Shown here: positions 45,600 through 55,389 of the stretch, piece by piece | How positions within the stretch are numbered: the stretch's first letter is position 1 | How the letters are laid out: each line of letters starts with the position of its first letter | NCBI GenBank assembly: GCA_018821925.1 | Contig: JAHJLF010000043.1 | Location: 1,599-65,598 of the forward strand | Reading direction: 5' to 3' | Source of the DNA: Candidatus Edwardsbacteria bacterium | Lineage (GTDB): Bacteria > Edwardsbacteria > AC1 > EtOH8 | Length of the DNA: 64,000 bases | Translations under genes and position numbers: made by a program | The notes under the pieces: generated by a model | Databases searched by the model: none | Told to the model about the DNA's origin: nothing | Seen by the model: only the letters and a program-made list of their open reading frames with translations

Positions 45600-45717
45600 G
45601 GATCATAGCCCTCAATATCAGGACCCATTTATTAGAAAACAAAAAATATTAACAGGCTCCCCGGCAGATCGGGAGTCAAATAAAAAACAACATATTTACA
45701 GGAGGTAGTTTAAAGCA

Positions 45718-46539
45718 ATGTTGAATGGATTAATGGATGCTTCCTTGATCGTCAAGATTCTGATCATGGGAGTGGCGCCGGCGGTGTTAGCGGCTGTGTT
45801 GGGCATTGCCCTGGCCCGCACCAAAAAAATTGCCCTGGTTACCCTGATGCTATATGTCATCGGTTTGGCAGTTTCAGCAATCATCTTCAAGACCCTGCCC
45901 AAATACATCCAGGACGGCGGGCCGGTGGTGATCATACTGACTTTCCTGATGATCCTTCTGTTCACCTACGTCATCGAGCGCAGCCTGACCATCGGCCGGG
46001 CCCGGGGGGCCAAGAACCTGGCGGCTTTTATGGAGGAGTTCCGCGAGCTGCTGAGGGCCGGCAACGTTACCGGAGCCATCGCCGCCTGCAACGCCCAGAG
46101 AGGCTCCACCGCCAACGTCCTGCGGGCCGGACTGGAAAAATACCTGGCCCTGCAGAACGAGAACATATCGGCCGATAAAAAGAGCGCCGAGCTGTTAAGA
46201 GCCATTGAAGAGGCCAATATGCTGGAGACCCCGCTGTTGGAACGCAACCTGATAATGCTGACCACCATCGCCTCCATCGGGACCATGGTGGGCCTGCTGG
46301 GCACTACCATCGGCATGATCCGCGCCTTCCAGGCCATGGCCCACGCCGGCGCCCCGGATGCTTCCCAGCTGGCTCGCGGCATATCCGAGGCCCTGATCAA
46401 CACCGCCGGCGGATTGCTTAACGGCATCGGCGGAATCGTGGCCAACAACTATTTCATGAATAAGGTGTCCCTGTTCCAGTTCGGCACCGACGAGGCCATT
46501 TACGAGATGCAACAACTATTGACGATAGGAGAGAAATAA
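45718..46539 (+). CDS. exbB: MotA/TolQ/ExbB family proton-channel protein
   Basis: 273 aa, 3 TM segments. Conserved 'LTTIASIGTMVGLLGTTIGMIRAF' channel region. GGAGG RBS. Confidence 0.8.
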   Translation: MLNGLMDASLIVKILIMGVAPAVLAAVLGIALARTKKIALVTLMLYVIGLAVSAIIFKTLPKYIQDGGPVVIILTFLMILLFTYVIERSLTIGRARGAKNLAAFMEEFRELLRAGNVTGAIAACNAQRGSTANVLRAGLEKYLALQNENISADKKSAELLRAIEEANMLETPLLERNLIMLTTIASIGTMVGLLGTTIGMIRAFQAMAHAGAPDASQLARGISEALINTAGGLLNGIGGIVANNYFMNKVSLFQFGTDEAIYEMQQLLTIGEK

Positions 46540-46540
46540 G

Positions 46541-47314
46541 ATGTCAGCAAAGATGAAACGTCGGGCCAGGATAGTTCTGGATATGACCCCGATGGTTGAC
46601 ATCGCCTTTCTGCTGGTCATCTTCTTCATGTCCACTTATCATGCCCGGCCGCCGGTAACGGTGGCGGTCATGCTGCCCGATTCGCGTTCGCCCATAAAGG
46701 TTCCCGAGGCCAATGTCATGGTGATCAATGTGCTGGCTCCGGAGCAGGCCGCGGACCTGGCCGACAGCATCGGGCCGACCAACCTGCTGACCCTGATCGC
46801 CAACATCAAGGAGGCCACGGCCGACCCCAACGTGACCGTGGCGGCCATGAGGGGCATGGGCGGGACTCTGCTTCCCTCGGCTTCGGAGGAATTGCTTAAA
46901 GAGGTGGCCTCCGCTCCCGGCAAGCCCTTGACCAGGGGCCGGTCGTCAGAGCTGGCCATCCGCGAGGTGCAGAGGAAGGACAATTTCATCAACAAGTGGG
47001 CCAAACAGGAGATCGTCTCTTTGACCCCGGAGCAGTATACCGCCAGGGTTGACAGCATGGTGATATGGTATGCCACCGGCAAGGATGCGGCCCAGCCGCT
47101 GCCCTTGGGAAACATGGCCATGACCGTGGTCGAGGAGCGCATGCGAAACCCCAAACTGATGATGGTCCTTATGGTGGACAAGAATTGCCTGTCGGGAAAG
47201 ATGCTTGATTTGACGGGCATCCTGCAGAAAAAAGATGTCAACATGTTAAGATTCAGCTTGGTTACCAACCTTAAAGCTGATGCCAAACCGGTGTTTGGCG
47301 AAGAAGGGAGGTGA
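46541..47314 (+). CDS. exbD: ExbD/TolR family biopolymer transport protein
   Basis: 257 aa. 'LDMTPMVDIAFLLVIFFM' N-terminal anchor typical of ExbD/TolR. Confidence 0.75.
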   Translation: MSAKMKRRARIVLDMTPMVDIAFLLVIFFMSTYHARPPVTVAVMLPDSRSPIKVPEANVMVINVLAPEQAADLADSIGPTNLLTLIANIKEATADPNVTVAAMRGMGGTLLPSASEELLKEVASAPGKPLTRGRSSELAIREVQRKDNFINKWAKQEIVSLTPEQYTARVDSMVIWYATGKDAAQPLPLGNMAMTVVEERMRNPKLMMVLMVDKNCLSGKMLDLTGILQKKDVNMLRFSLVTNLKADAKPVFGEEGR

Positions 47315-47318
47315 TGGC

Positions 47319-48017
47319 ATGGGCGCAGTAGATATGGGGCCCCAAGATGGCGGCAAGAAAAAAGGCGGCTTGCGTAAACGCAAAGGCAGACCCGGCATAG
47401 TGCTGGACATGACCCCGATGGTGGATATCGGCTTCCTGCTGGTGATTTTCTTCATGACCACCACCCGGTTCCAGGAACCCCAGGCCATCGAAATAACTTT
47501 GCCTCCGGAAACAGAGCCCGGCACCGAAAAACCGGTGGCCCAATCCAATGTTCTGACCATGAACATCATGAAGGACGGCACCATTTTGCAGAACATGGGC
47601 TTTGACGTCCCGACGCCGGTGGCGGTGGAGTCCCTGGACTCCCTGATGCTGAACAGCAAGCTGGATAATATCAAAAAGATGCCGGCCCATATCGATGGCC
47701 GTAATCAGGCCTATTACGAGTCGGGTCCGGATTTTCTGGACAAATACGACAAATTCATGGCCGATAACAAGGGCAAGCGGATCCCCAAGGAGATCCGCGA
47801 CAGCCTGGATATGGTCAGGGACGAGAAGATCTGCCGGTTGACGATGCTGGTGCAGGTGAACCGGGAGAGCAGCTATGATAAAGTGGTGGCGGTAATGGAT
47901 GCCATCCAGCAGAACCAGATCGCCCGTTTTGCCATTGTGGAGCAGACCGAGGAGCACCTGAAAGCCATCGAGGAAGCCAAGAAAAAGGCTGCCTCCGGGA
48001 AAGGAGGGAAGAAATAA
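47319..48017 (+). CDS. exbD: ExbD/TolR family biopolymer transport protein (second copy)
   Basis: Start at ATG 47319 after GGGAGG RBS. 'LDMTPMVDIGFLLVIFFMTT'. Confidence 0.7.
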   Translation: MGAVDMGPQDGGKKKGGLRKRKGRPGIVLDMTPMVDIGFLLVIFFMTTTRFQEPQAIEITLPPETEPGTEKPVAQSNVLTMNIMKDGTILQNMGFDVPTPVAVESLDSLMLNSKLDNIKKMPAHIDGRNQAYYESGPDFLDKYDKFMADNKGKRIPKEIRDSLDMVRDEKICRLTMLVQVNRESSYDKVVAVMDAIQQNQIARFAIVEQTEEHLKAIEEAKKKAASGKGGKK

Positions 48018-48020
48018 AAA

Positions 48021-48830
48021 ATGAACAGTAATATCAATATTTTCTTTCCGGTGGCCGGCACCCTGGTGGGGCTGATCGTAGCCTGGTTAGTGATGGCCAT
48101 ACAGACCAGGGAATACTCTTCAATCGGCTTCGGCGTCAAACAATCAAAAGTATTGATTCCCCTGCACCTTAAAAAGGGCCTGCTGATATCGCTTACTTCC
48201 ATGCTGCTGGTGGTGCTGGGAGGGCTCTCCTACTTTGCGGTCAACGCATATATTGAAGCCCACCGGCCGATACCGGATGCCCCGATGGTCAGGATCACCT
48301 ACAGCCAGTTGGGCGCGCCGCCCTCCTTAAGCAGTTCTACCGTGGAGCAGGTACAGGTTGCATCGGCGGTAGCGGCCGCTCCGACCATGGGCGTCCCCAA
48401 GCCGGTGGCCGACGATAAAGCGGTGGATGAAGCCGCCTATACCCAGTCCGAGCTGGGAGCCATGTCGGCCGGATTGGCAACGGCCGAGGGAGCCTCCGGC
48501 ACCAGCAACCTTCAGATGGAGGATGTCCCTGACAGGCAGGCTTATGTGGCCGTTGATAAACTGCCCGAAATCGTGAAAGCCGGCAGCTCGGTCTACCCGG
48601 ATATCGTCAAAAAAGCCGGCATCGAAGGAAAGGTATATCTGCAGCTTCTGATCGACTTCGACGGACACGTTAAAATGGTGGTGGTGGCCAAAAGTTCCGG
48701 AAATGTGTCTTTGGATGAAGCAGCCGTGGCAGCCGGGAAACAATGTATCTTCACTCCGGCCGTGGCTCCGGGCGGCAAACCGGTCCGGGTCTGGGTGATG
48801 TGGCCGGTTACCTTTAAGATCAACCAGTAA
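48021..48830 (+). CDS. tonB: TonB family energy transducer
   Basis: 269 aa. N-terminal TM anchor, Ala/Pro-rich linker, C-terminal TonB domain ('GKVYLQLLIDFDGHVKMVVVAKSSGNVSLDEAAV...PVRVWVMWPVTFKI'). Confidence 0.7.
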   Translation: MNSNINIFFPVAGTLVGLIVAWLVMAIQTREYSSIGFGVKQSKVLIPLHLKKGLLISLTSMLLVVLGGLSYFAVNAYIEAHRPIPDAPMVRITYSQLGAPPSLSSSTVEQVQVASAVAAAPTMGVPKPVADDKAVDEAAYTQSELGAMSAGLATAEGASGTSNLQMEDVPDRQAYVAVDKLPEIVKAGSSVYPDIVKKAGIEGKVYLQLLIDFDGHVKMVVVAKSSGNVSLDEAAVAAGKQCIFTPAVAPGGKPVRVWVMWPVTFKINQ

Positions 48831-48848
48831 GCACCAGTTTACCATATT

Positions 48849-48885
48849 GCCCCGAACTGAAATTTTGGTTCGGGGCATCTTAATA
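48849..48885 (+). terminator. Stem-loop, candidate terminator after tonB
   Basis: GCCCCGAAC-N10-GTTCGGGGC 9-bp stem. Trailing sequence only moderately T-rich. Confidence 0.4.
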
Positions 48886-48901
48886 TTAAACGGAGGATAT
48901 T

Positions 48902-49531
48902 ATGAAAAAAATATTGACTATGATCGTAGGCCTTTCGCTGGTAGCCCTTATCTCCTGCAAGAAAGAAGAAGTGGAGAATCTGCAGAGCCAGGTTCCGGCC
49001 GAATCCCAGGCCCAGCCCGATGTCAAGAAGATAATGGAAAAGCCGGTGGTGGTGCTGGATACCGATCTCGGCCAGATAGAGATAGAGCTGTTTCCCAAGG
49101 ACGCCCCCCAGACCGTTCTGAATTTTGTCAGTCGGACCCTGGCCAAATCATTTGACGGGACCACCTTCCACCGGCTGGTGCCGGGCTTTGTGATCCAGGG
49201 GGGAGACCCCCTGTCCAAGGACAGCGATCCTGATAACGACGGCTACGGCGGGGAGCAGATGGGGGCCGAGCCGCGCAAGAAATCCAACCTTCGCGGGACC
49301 ATCTCCATGGCCTCCTCCTCGCGCGCCCAGCCGATAGACTCCCAGTCCGACGCTCAGTTCTTCATCAACTTAGACGATAAATGCGCCCGGCTGGATCAGA
49401 TGGGCTTCATCCCCTTCGGCAAGGTGGTCAAGGGCATGGAGGTGGTTGACCTCATTGCCAAACAACCCCGCGACATGCGTGATCGGCCGACCAAGAATGT
49501 CACCATCAAGAGCATCAGCATAAAACAGTAG
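48902..49531 (+). CDS. ppiB: Cyclophilin-type peptidyl-prolyl cis-trans isomerase (lipoprotein)
   Basis: 209 aa. Lipobox 'LISCK'. 'FHRLVPGFVIQGGDP' cyclophilin signature. Confidence 0.85.
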   Translation: MKKILTMIVGLSLVALISCKKEEVENLQSQVPAESQAQPDVKKIMEKPVVVLDTDLGQIEIELFPKDAPQTVLNFVSRTLAKSFDGTTFHRLVPGFVIQGGDPLSKDSDPDNDGYGGEQMGAEPRKKSNLRGTISMASSSRAQPIDSQSDAQFFINLDDKCARLDQMGFIPFGKVVKGMEVVDLIAKQPRDMRDRPTKNVTIKSISIKQ

Positions 49532-49540
49532 CTGGATCTA

Positions 49541-49594
49541 AAAGAACGGGGGCCGAGCCAAAAACTCGAGCCCCCGTTCTTCATTGTTCTTTGC
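49541..49594. terminator. Bidirectional rho-independent terminator between the convergent ppiB (+) and sigma54-activator (-) genes
   Basis: Perfect 10-bp GC-rich stem GAACGGGGGC / GCCCCCGTTC (49545-49554 / 49571-49580), flanked by an A4 run 5' and a T-rich tract 3'. Confidence 0.75.
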
Positions 49595-51233
49595 CGCCCG
49601 GCTTATTTTCGCCGGGCGGTTTCATTTTATAGCGTCCTATCAGCCGATATACCTGCTGGCGGGTGATGCCCAACTGCCTGGCTGAAGCGGTAATATCCCA
49701 CCGGTTGGCTGCCAGGGCCTGGGAAAGATGCTGTCTCTCCAGTTTCCTTTTAGCCTCCTTCAGATTGCCGGGCTCCGTATCTGCCTGGGGAGAGGCCAGC
49801 AATCCCAAATGGTCCGGCTCGATCAGCCGGTCGTCACACATGATCACCGCCCGCTCGATCTTGTGCTCCAGCTCCCGAATGTTGCCCGGCCACTGATATC
49901 CCATAAGAGAGAATTTGGATTCAGGGCTGAAGCGGGCTGCTTCTTTTTTATGTTTGAGGGAGAATTTTTTCAGAGAGGATTCGGCCAGCAGTAGAATATC
50001 GCTGCCCCGGTCCCTTAGGGGGGGGAGCTCCAGGGTGATGATGTTAAGCCGGTAGTAGAGATCCTTGCGGAATATTCCCTTGGCCACCTCCTGCTCCAGG
50101 TCGTGGTTGGTGGCGGCAATAATCCGGACATCCACCCGGATCTGCTCCCGGCCCCCCAGGTGCTCGATCACCCCCTCCTGGATGGCCCGCAGCAGCTTGA
50201 TCTGCAGGGGCAGGGCCATCTCCCCAATCTCATCCAGAAAAACGGTTCCGCCGTTGGCCATCTCGAATTTTCCCATCTTGCGGGCAAAGGCTCCGGTGAA
50301 GGCCCCCTTCTCGTAGCCGAACAGCTCCGATTCCAAAAGGTTTTCCGGAATGGAGCCGCAGTCGATAACGGTGAAGGGTTTTTCCTTACGCTGGCTTAAG
50401 TCATGGATCTCCCGGGCCACCAGTGTCTTTCCGGTGCCCGACTCCCCCAGCAGCAGCAGATTGACCTCGGAGCCGGCCACCCGCCGGATGATGGAGAAGA
50501 CCCCATCCATGGCCGGGCACTGCCCCAGCAGGTCGCTCCGGCCGTCCAACAGTTGCTGCAGGGACAGGTTCTCTCTCTCCAGCCGCAGCCGCTTCTCCTC
50601 CTCCAGGGTTTTGATGCCCTCCACCAGCCGGGCATTTTCTATTGATATGGCCGCCTGGGCCGCCAGGGCGGCCAGCAGATCCAGATCGTGATGGCTGAAG
50701 GTCTCCTGGATCCGCTGGCTGTCCACATAGATGACCCCGATAGCTTTGCGTTGTTGGGCCTGGCCGGCGAACAGGGGAACGCACATCGATGAACGGAGCT
50801 GAAGGTCGGCTATCGAGGCGGCCTGGTTGAACTCCGGATCCTGGCTGATGTCCTTAAGCCACAGGGGCTGTCCGGTGGTGATGACCTTTTCGGTTATGGT
50901 GCGGCTGAAGCGAATGTCGTCCTTGTCCCAGGCCTGGTTGGGACCGGCCCGGGTGACCGTAATGTTCAATTTCCCGCTCTGGTCATACAGCATTAAAAAG
51001 CCCCGCGAGGCTCCGGTCAGCTCCATCACCGAATCCATTATGGTATCCAGCAGCTGGTCCTGGTTCAACACCCGGCTGATCTTGCGGGAGACCTCCAACA
51101 ACAGGCCCAGGGCCACGGCATCCTGTCCCAGACTGCCGGTCCGGCCCTGCAGCAGGGAATCAATCTCCGTCAGTTCCCTTTCGGCCCGGAAGAGAAGGTC
51201 CTCCGGGGAGGAAATTTTAACTGGCTGGGCCAT
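49581..51233 (-). CDS. Sigma-54-dependent transcriptional activator with N-terminal GAF domain and C-terminal Fis-type HTH
   Basis: 550 aa. GAF domain. AAA+ 'GESGTGKTLVAREIH', 'GAFTGA' sigma54-contact motif. C-terminal 'ASARQLGITRQQVYRLI'. Overlaps the upstream kinase gene by 17 nt. Confidence 0.85.
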   Translation of the reverse strand: MAQPVKISSPEDLLFRAERELTEIDSLLQGRTGSLGQDAVALGLLLEVSRKISRVLNQDQLLDTIMDSVMELTGASRGFLMLYDQSGKLNITVTRAGPNQAWDKDDIRFSRTITEKVITTGQPLWLKDISQDPEFNQAASIADLQLRSSMCVPLFAGQAQQRKAIGVIYVDSQRIQETFSHHDLDLLAALAAQAAISIENARLVEGIKTLEEEKRLRLERENLSLQQLLDGRSDLLGQCPAMDGVFSIIRRVAGSEVNLLLLGESGTGKTLVAREIHDLSQRKEKPFTVIDCGSIPENLLESELFGYEKGAFTGAFARKMGKFEMANGGTVFLDEIGEMALPLQIKLLRAIQEGVIEHLGGREQIRVDVRIIAATNHDLEQEVAKGIFRKDLYYRLNIITLELPPLRDRGSDILLLAESSLKKFSLKHKKEAARFSPESKFSLMGYQWPGNIRELEHKIERAVIMCDDRLIEPDHLGLLASPQADTEPGNLKEAKRKLERQHLSQALAANRWDITASARQLGITRQQVYRLIGRYKMKPPGENKPGGKEQ

Positions 51234-54200
51234 GGCCGGCTACCTCCAGATATAATTGCTGTATCTCCCGGAATATCTGTTTTCGACGGGGTTCCTGCAG
51301 GAAGCTACTCTTTAGTTCCGGCTGGCTGATGTGCTGGCTGGTCTGTTTGAATGCCGCCACCGCCTTCTGGTAGTATTGGGCGGCCGCCGGATGATCCTTG
51401 CGGTGCAGATAGTGGCGGGCCATAGCCCCATAGATGAAACCCGAGGTCTCCTGTATCCGAACCCGGTCGGATATCTCCAAGGCCCACTCCATCTCTCGTA
51501 TGCCCGACTGGCCCAGCTCCTCCCGCAGTTGTCCTTTCAGCAGCAGGATCTCGGAAACTAGGTGCTGTTCCTCCACCCGCTGGGCCAGCCGCAGGGCCTT
51601 GTCGGCCAGTTGCCCGGATTTCTCGATCTGGCCAGTCTCCAGATACAGGTCGGCCAGATTCTTCAGGATGAAGGCTTCACCGGCCTTGATATCCAGTTCG
51701 GTAAATATCTCCAGCGCCCGGCCCAAAGTTTCCCGGGCTTTATCCCACTGCCGTTTAACCTGATAAATCCGGCCATGGATGTTCAGTCCCCGTCCCGTCT
51801 CCAGTTTGCCACCCAAAATCTTCGATATCTCCAGGGCCTTTTGGCAGAAGAGGGAGGCGTCCTTAAGGCTTCCCAGGGACAGGTACAACTCGGACTTCTT
51901 GATGAAGGAGTCCAGCAGCAGTATTTTGGCGTCGATCTTGAGGGCCATCTGAATCCCCTGATTGTAGTTCCACAGGGCCTGGTCCATCTCTCCCCGGGCT
52001 TTGTGGATGAACCCCAGGTTAATGTGGGACACCGCCATCTCGTAACTGGATCCGATCCTCTCTAATATCTCCAGGCATTTGGCGTGGTAGACCATGGCCT
52101 CGTCCCAGTCGTACAGATGGCGGTAGATCAGGGCCAGATTATTGTAGGATTTGGCCAGGCCGCCCAGGTCCCCTATCTCCTGGCGCAGGAGAAAGCTTTT
52201 GCGGTGGCATTCGGCCGCCCGGTCCCATTCGTACATCCGGTAATACACCGCACCCAGGTTGTTGTAGGAAGCGGCGATCCCGAACTTGTCTCCGGCCTGC
52301 TCCTTGAGGCCCAGGCTTTTTTGATGGGCGGTAATGGCCTGAGCCCAGTCGGCCAGGTGCCAGTAGATCTGGCCCAGGCTGTTGTAAAGCTCGGCCTCGG
52401 CCAGCGGATCGCTCTCCGACGGCAGTTTTTTAAGCCCTTCCTGGCAGATCTTCTCCGCCCGGCCGAATTCCCCCAGGGCGGTATAGGCATCGGCCATCGA
52501 GGCCTTAATTCCGGCGGCCAGCCGGGGCAGTTCGTCCGACATTTTAAGGCCCAGTGAAAATTCAGCCAATGCCTCCTCGCAGTTGCCAAGGGCCTGGCAG
52601 CAACCGCCGCTCAGCCTTCGGATTTCCGGTCCGTCGCCATCCAGCCCGATGAGCTCCCGGCAGATATCCAGACAGCGTTGATAATGGCCGGATCGGTAGT
52701 AAAGCCTGGCAATCTCCGGCAGGAGGGTTTTTCGATCCTCCATCCGGGCAACCTGCAGGGCCGACAGGTAGTGGTCAATGGCCTGCTGAGAGGAATACGG
52801 TTGGAGGTGCCTGGCGGCCAGCAGATGGTATTGTCCGGATCGTTCGGGCTCCCCGGCTTTTTCCCAGTGCCAGGCAAGGGAGATATTGTCCTGGACCGAC
52901 CGATCGTTCCGGTTTCCCAGCATTTGGGCAATTTTCCGGTGCAGGGCTTCTGTTTCCGGGGAATCTATAGACTGATAGATAAACTGCTCAAGCCTGGAGT
53001 GGTGAAATCCGAACAGGGTTTGATCGTCATCCCGCACCGGGGTGATAATGTCTCGCCCTTTGAGATGGATCAGATGCTGGCTGAGTTGTTCGGCCGAAAG
53101 ATCAAGGACCAGGGCTACATCGTCATCGGAGGTTGGTCGGCCAAAAACCGACAGAGCTTGTAATATTCTGGTCTGAACCGCCGGCAGGGCGCCGATCTTT
53201 TGCTGCCAGATCTCCCGGATGTTTTTTGGCAACTCCATGGAGTCGCGGAAAAGCGGGTCTATATGCCAACGGCCCGACTCCCGGCGGATATGTCCGGAGG
53301 ACATCAAATAATGAACAGTTTCCTCTATCAAAAATGGATTTCCCTCGGTGGCCTCAAATATTCTCTGGGCCATGGGTTCCAGATTTCTGGCTTGGGGAAA
53401 GAGGCTGCAGATCAGCCGGAATGTTTCATCCTGATTGAGTCTTTTGAGAAACATCTGTTCGGCCTTGTTTTCTGCGGACAGCAATTCGACGGCCCTGGCC
53501 AGGGGATGATTTTCGTCCGGGACATCGCTGCGGAAACTGCCGAGGACCAGTATGGGCTCTTTGGATATGTTGCGGCAGAGGTGGGTTATGGCATCGATGG
53601 TTTCGGGATCGGACCGGTGGATGCCCTCAAAGATAATCAGGCTGGCGCCGTGTGGCAGGGCGGAGATGGTTTCAATCGTCAGGCGGGCGATGGAGTCCAG
53701 TATCCGCAACTTTTGGCCCGGCTCGGGAAGCCCGCTGGGTCCGGGCTTTGACTGTCCCTCCAGGAATCCGTCCAGGGCTGGAGATACCTGGGAAATGGCC
53801 GGGCCGTAGTTTTCCAAAATTTCGGGGCAAAAGCTTTGGGCCAGGGGGGCCAGTTGGCACAATAACTGGTCGATGGGCTGGAAGGCCGTCTGGTTCTCCT
53901 GATAACAACGGGACCAAAAAACATTTGTTCCGGCCAGCTGCGCCTGGTTGGCAAACTCCGACAGCAGGCGGGATCGTCCTATTCCCGTCTCGCCGGATAT
54001 GAATATGCAGTTTCCCTGGTTTCCTTCGGCAGATTTTAGGGCCTGGCGCAGTTCCTGCAATTCGCGATCCCGGCCTATCAGCCGGGGAAAGAACACGTGG
54101 TCCCGCTGTCCTGATTTGGCGGCCAGGGGGAGTTTCAATTTCAGCCCCTGGTTAAGTTCCTCAATGACCTCATTGGCCGAGGAGGGCCGATCGGCCGGAG

Positions 54201-54963
54201 ATTTTGACAGTAGCTTCAGGATCAGGCTATCCAGGGTTTGGGGGATCTCTGGTTTTATCTGGCTGGGCGCCAGGGGCGGCCGGTGGAGGATCTTATCGGC
54301 CAGCTGTTCAAAAGATGGCGCCTCAAAGGGGAGTTGCCGGGCGGCCATCTGATACATTATCACCCCCAGGGAATACAGATCGGAACGGTTGTCCGGGGCC
54401 TGACCGGAAAGCACCTCCGGGGAGATATAGGCCGGGGTTCCCAACGATCTGACAAGGCTTTGGCCGGTGGTATAGCACTGGGCAAACCCGAAGTCAGCCA
54501 ATTTTACATGGCCGTTGTCCGAGAGCAGGATATTGCCTGGTTTTAAGTCCATATGGATTATATCCTGCTGATGGATATGCTCAAGGGCCAGGCATAGCTG
54601 GGCGGTGATATCTATAATTTCGTTCCAGGCAAACTGCCGGGAGAGCAAACCGGGGCCCTCTATCAATTCCATGGTATAGAAATACCGCTGGCCTTCCTTT
54701 CCAAAATTATAGACCGGAACCAGATTGGGGTGATTAAGGGAGGAGAGAAACTTGAACTCGTGCTGGATAAAATTGATGCCGGGGCAGGAATTCAGGATAA
54801 GCTTTAAGGCCAGATCGGTTTTGGATGTCAGGTCGCGAACCCTGAAAACGCAACTTGACGCTCCCTGGCCAATCTGGGCAATAACTTCATAGCGGCCGGC
54901 TATCCGGCTGCCAATTTCTATTTGCTCATTTTGTATCATAATGTAACATAATGATATTAGCAC
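51217..54963 (-). CDS. STAND-like serine/threonine protein kinase: kinase domain + P-loop NTPase (AAA_16-like) + TPR array
   Basis: 1248 aa. Hanks kinase motifs ('ALKLI', 'HMDLKPGNILL', 'DFGFA', 'GTPAYISPE'). NTPase with variant Walker A 'GETGIGRSRL'. Long C-terminal TPR region. An alternative ATG start lies at 54939. Confidence 0.8.
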   Translation of the reverse strand: MLISLCYIMIQNEQIEIGSRIAGRYEVIAQIGQGASSCVFRVRDLTSKTDLALKLILNSCPGINFIQHEFKFLSSLNHPNLVPVYNFGKEGQRYFYTMELIEGPGLLSRQFAWNEIIDITAQLCLALEHIHQQDIIHMDLKPGNILLSDNGHVKLADFGFAQCYTTGQSLVRSLGTPAYISPEVLSGQAPDNRSDLYSLGVIMYQMAARQLPFEAPSFEQLADKILHRPPLAPSQIKPEIPQTLDSLILKLLSKSPADRPSSANEVIEELNQGLKLKLPLAAKSGQRDHVFFPRLIGRDRELQELRQALKSAEGNQGNCIFISGETGIGRSRLLSEFANQAQLAGTNVFWSRCYQENQTAFQPIDQLLCQLAPLAQSFCPEILENYGPAISQVSPALDGFLEGQSKPGPSGLPEPGQKLRILDSIARLTIETISALPHGASLIIFEGIHRSDPETIDAITHLCRNISKEPILVLGSFRSDVPDENHPLARAVELLSAENKAEQMFLKRLNQDETFRLICSLFPQARNLEPMAQRIFEATEGNPFLIEETVHYLMSSGHIRRESGRWHIDPLFRDSMELPKNIREIWQQKIGALPAVQTRILQALSVFGRPTSDDDVALVLDLSAEQLSQHLIHLKGRDIITPVRDDDQTLFGFHHSRLEQFIYQSIDSPETEALHRKIAQMLGNRNDRSVQDNISLAWHWEKAGEPERSGQYHLLAARHLQPYSSQQAIDHYLSALQVARMEDRKTLLPEIARLYYRSGHYQRCLDICRELIGLDGDGPEIRRLSGGCCQALGNCEEALAEFSLGLKMSDELPRLAAGIKASMADAYTALGEFGRAEKICQEGLKKLPSESDPLAEAELYNSLGQIYWHLADWAQAITAHQKSLGLKEQAGDKFGIAASYNNLGAVYYRMYEWDRAAECHRKSFLLRQEIGDLGGLAKSYNNLALIYRHLYDWDEAMVYHAKCLEILERIGSSYEMAVSHINLGFIHKARGEMDQALWNYNQGIQMALKIDAKILLLDSFIKKSELYLSLGSLKDASLFCQKALEISKILGGKLETGRGLNIHGRIYQVKRQWDKARETLGRALEIFTELDIKAGEAFILKNLADLYLETGQIEKSGQLADKALRLAQRVEEQHLVSEILLLKGQLREELGQSGIREMEWALEISDRVRIQETSGFIYGAMARHYLHRKDHPAAAQYYQKAVAAFKQTSQHISQPELKSSFLQEPRRKQIFREIQQLYLEVAGHGPAS

Positions 54964-55389
54964 TAAAAAACGTAAATTTCAACATAAATTTATTTTTTTA
55001 TTTATACCTCTGTAATACTATGCCCGTAAGGCGTAGATGTAGTGAATCCAACGAAGCTGGGCAGGCGAAGTCTGAAACCGGAACAAAGAGGCTATGGCTA
55101 CAAGGCCATAATGGTTCGTTGTAAAATAATGATACAAAATGTATATTTATACAGGTTGCATTTCAAGGGGTTACGGAAACATATCTCACAGAAGTTCATA
55201 TTAATGAAAAATAATCGTTCGTTTTGTAACATAACGATACATTTTATTGATAGACATTGGAGCAATCAGCCAAGTCTGTTTATTATAAGATGTTGCAATA
55301 ACGTGAGATATATGTTTGTTTTGTTGGTTTGGTATAAATTATGCATATCTAATATCTGAATATAGGTAATCATTTTGAAAGGAAGTCTC

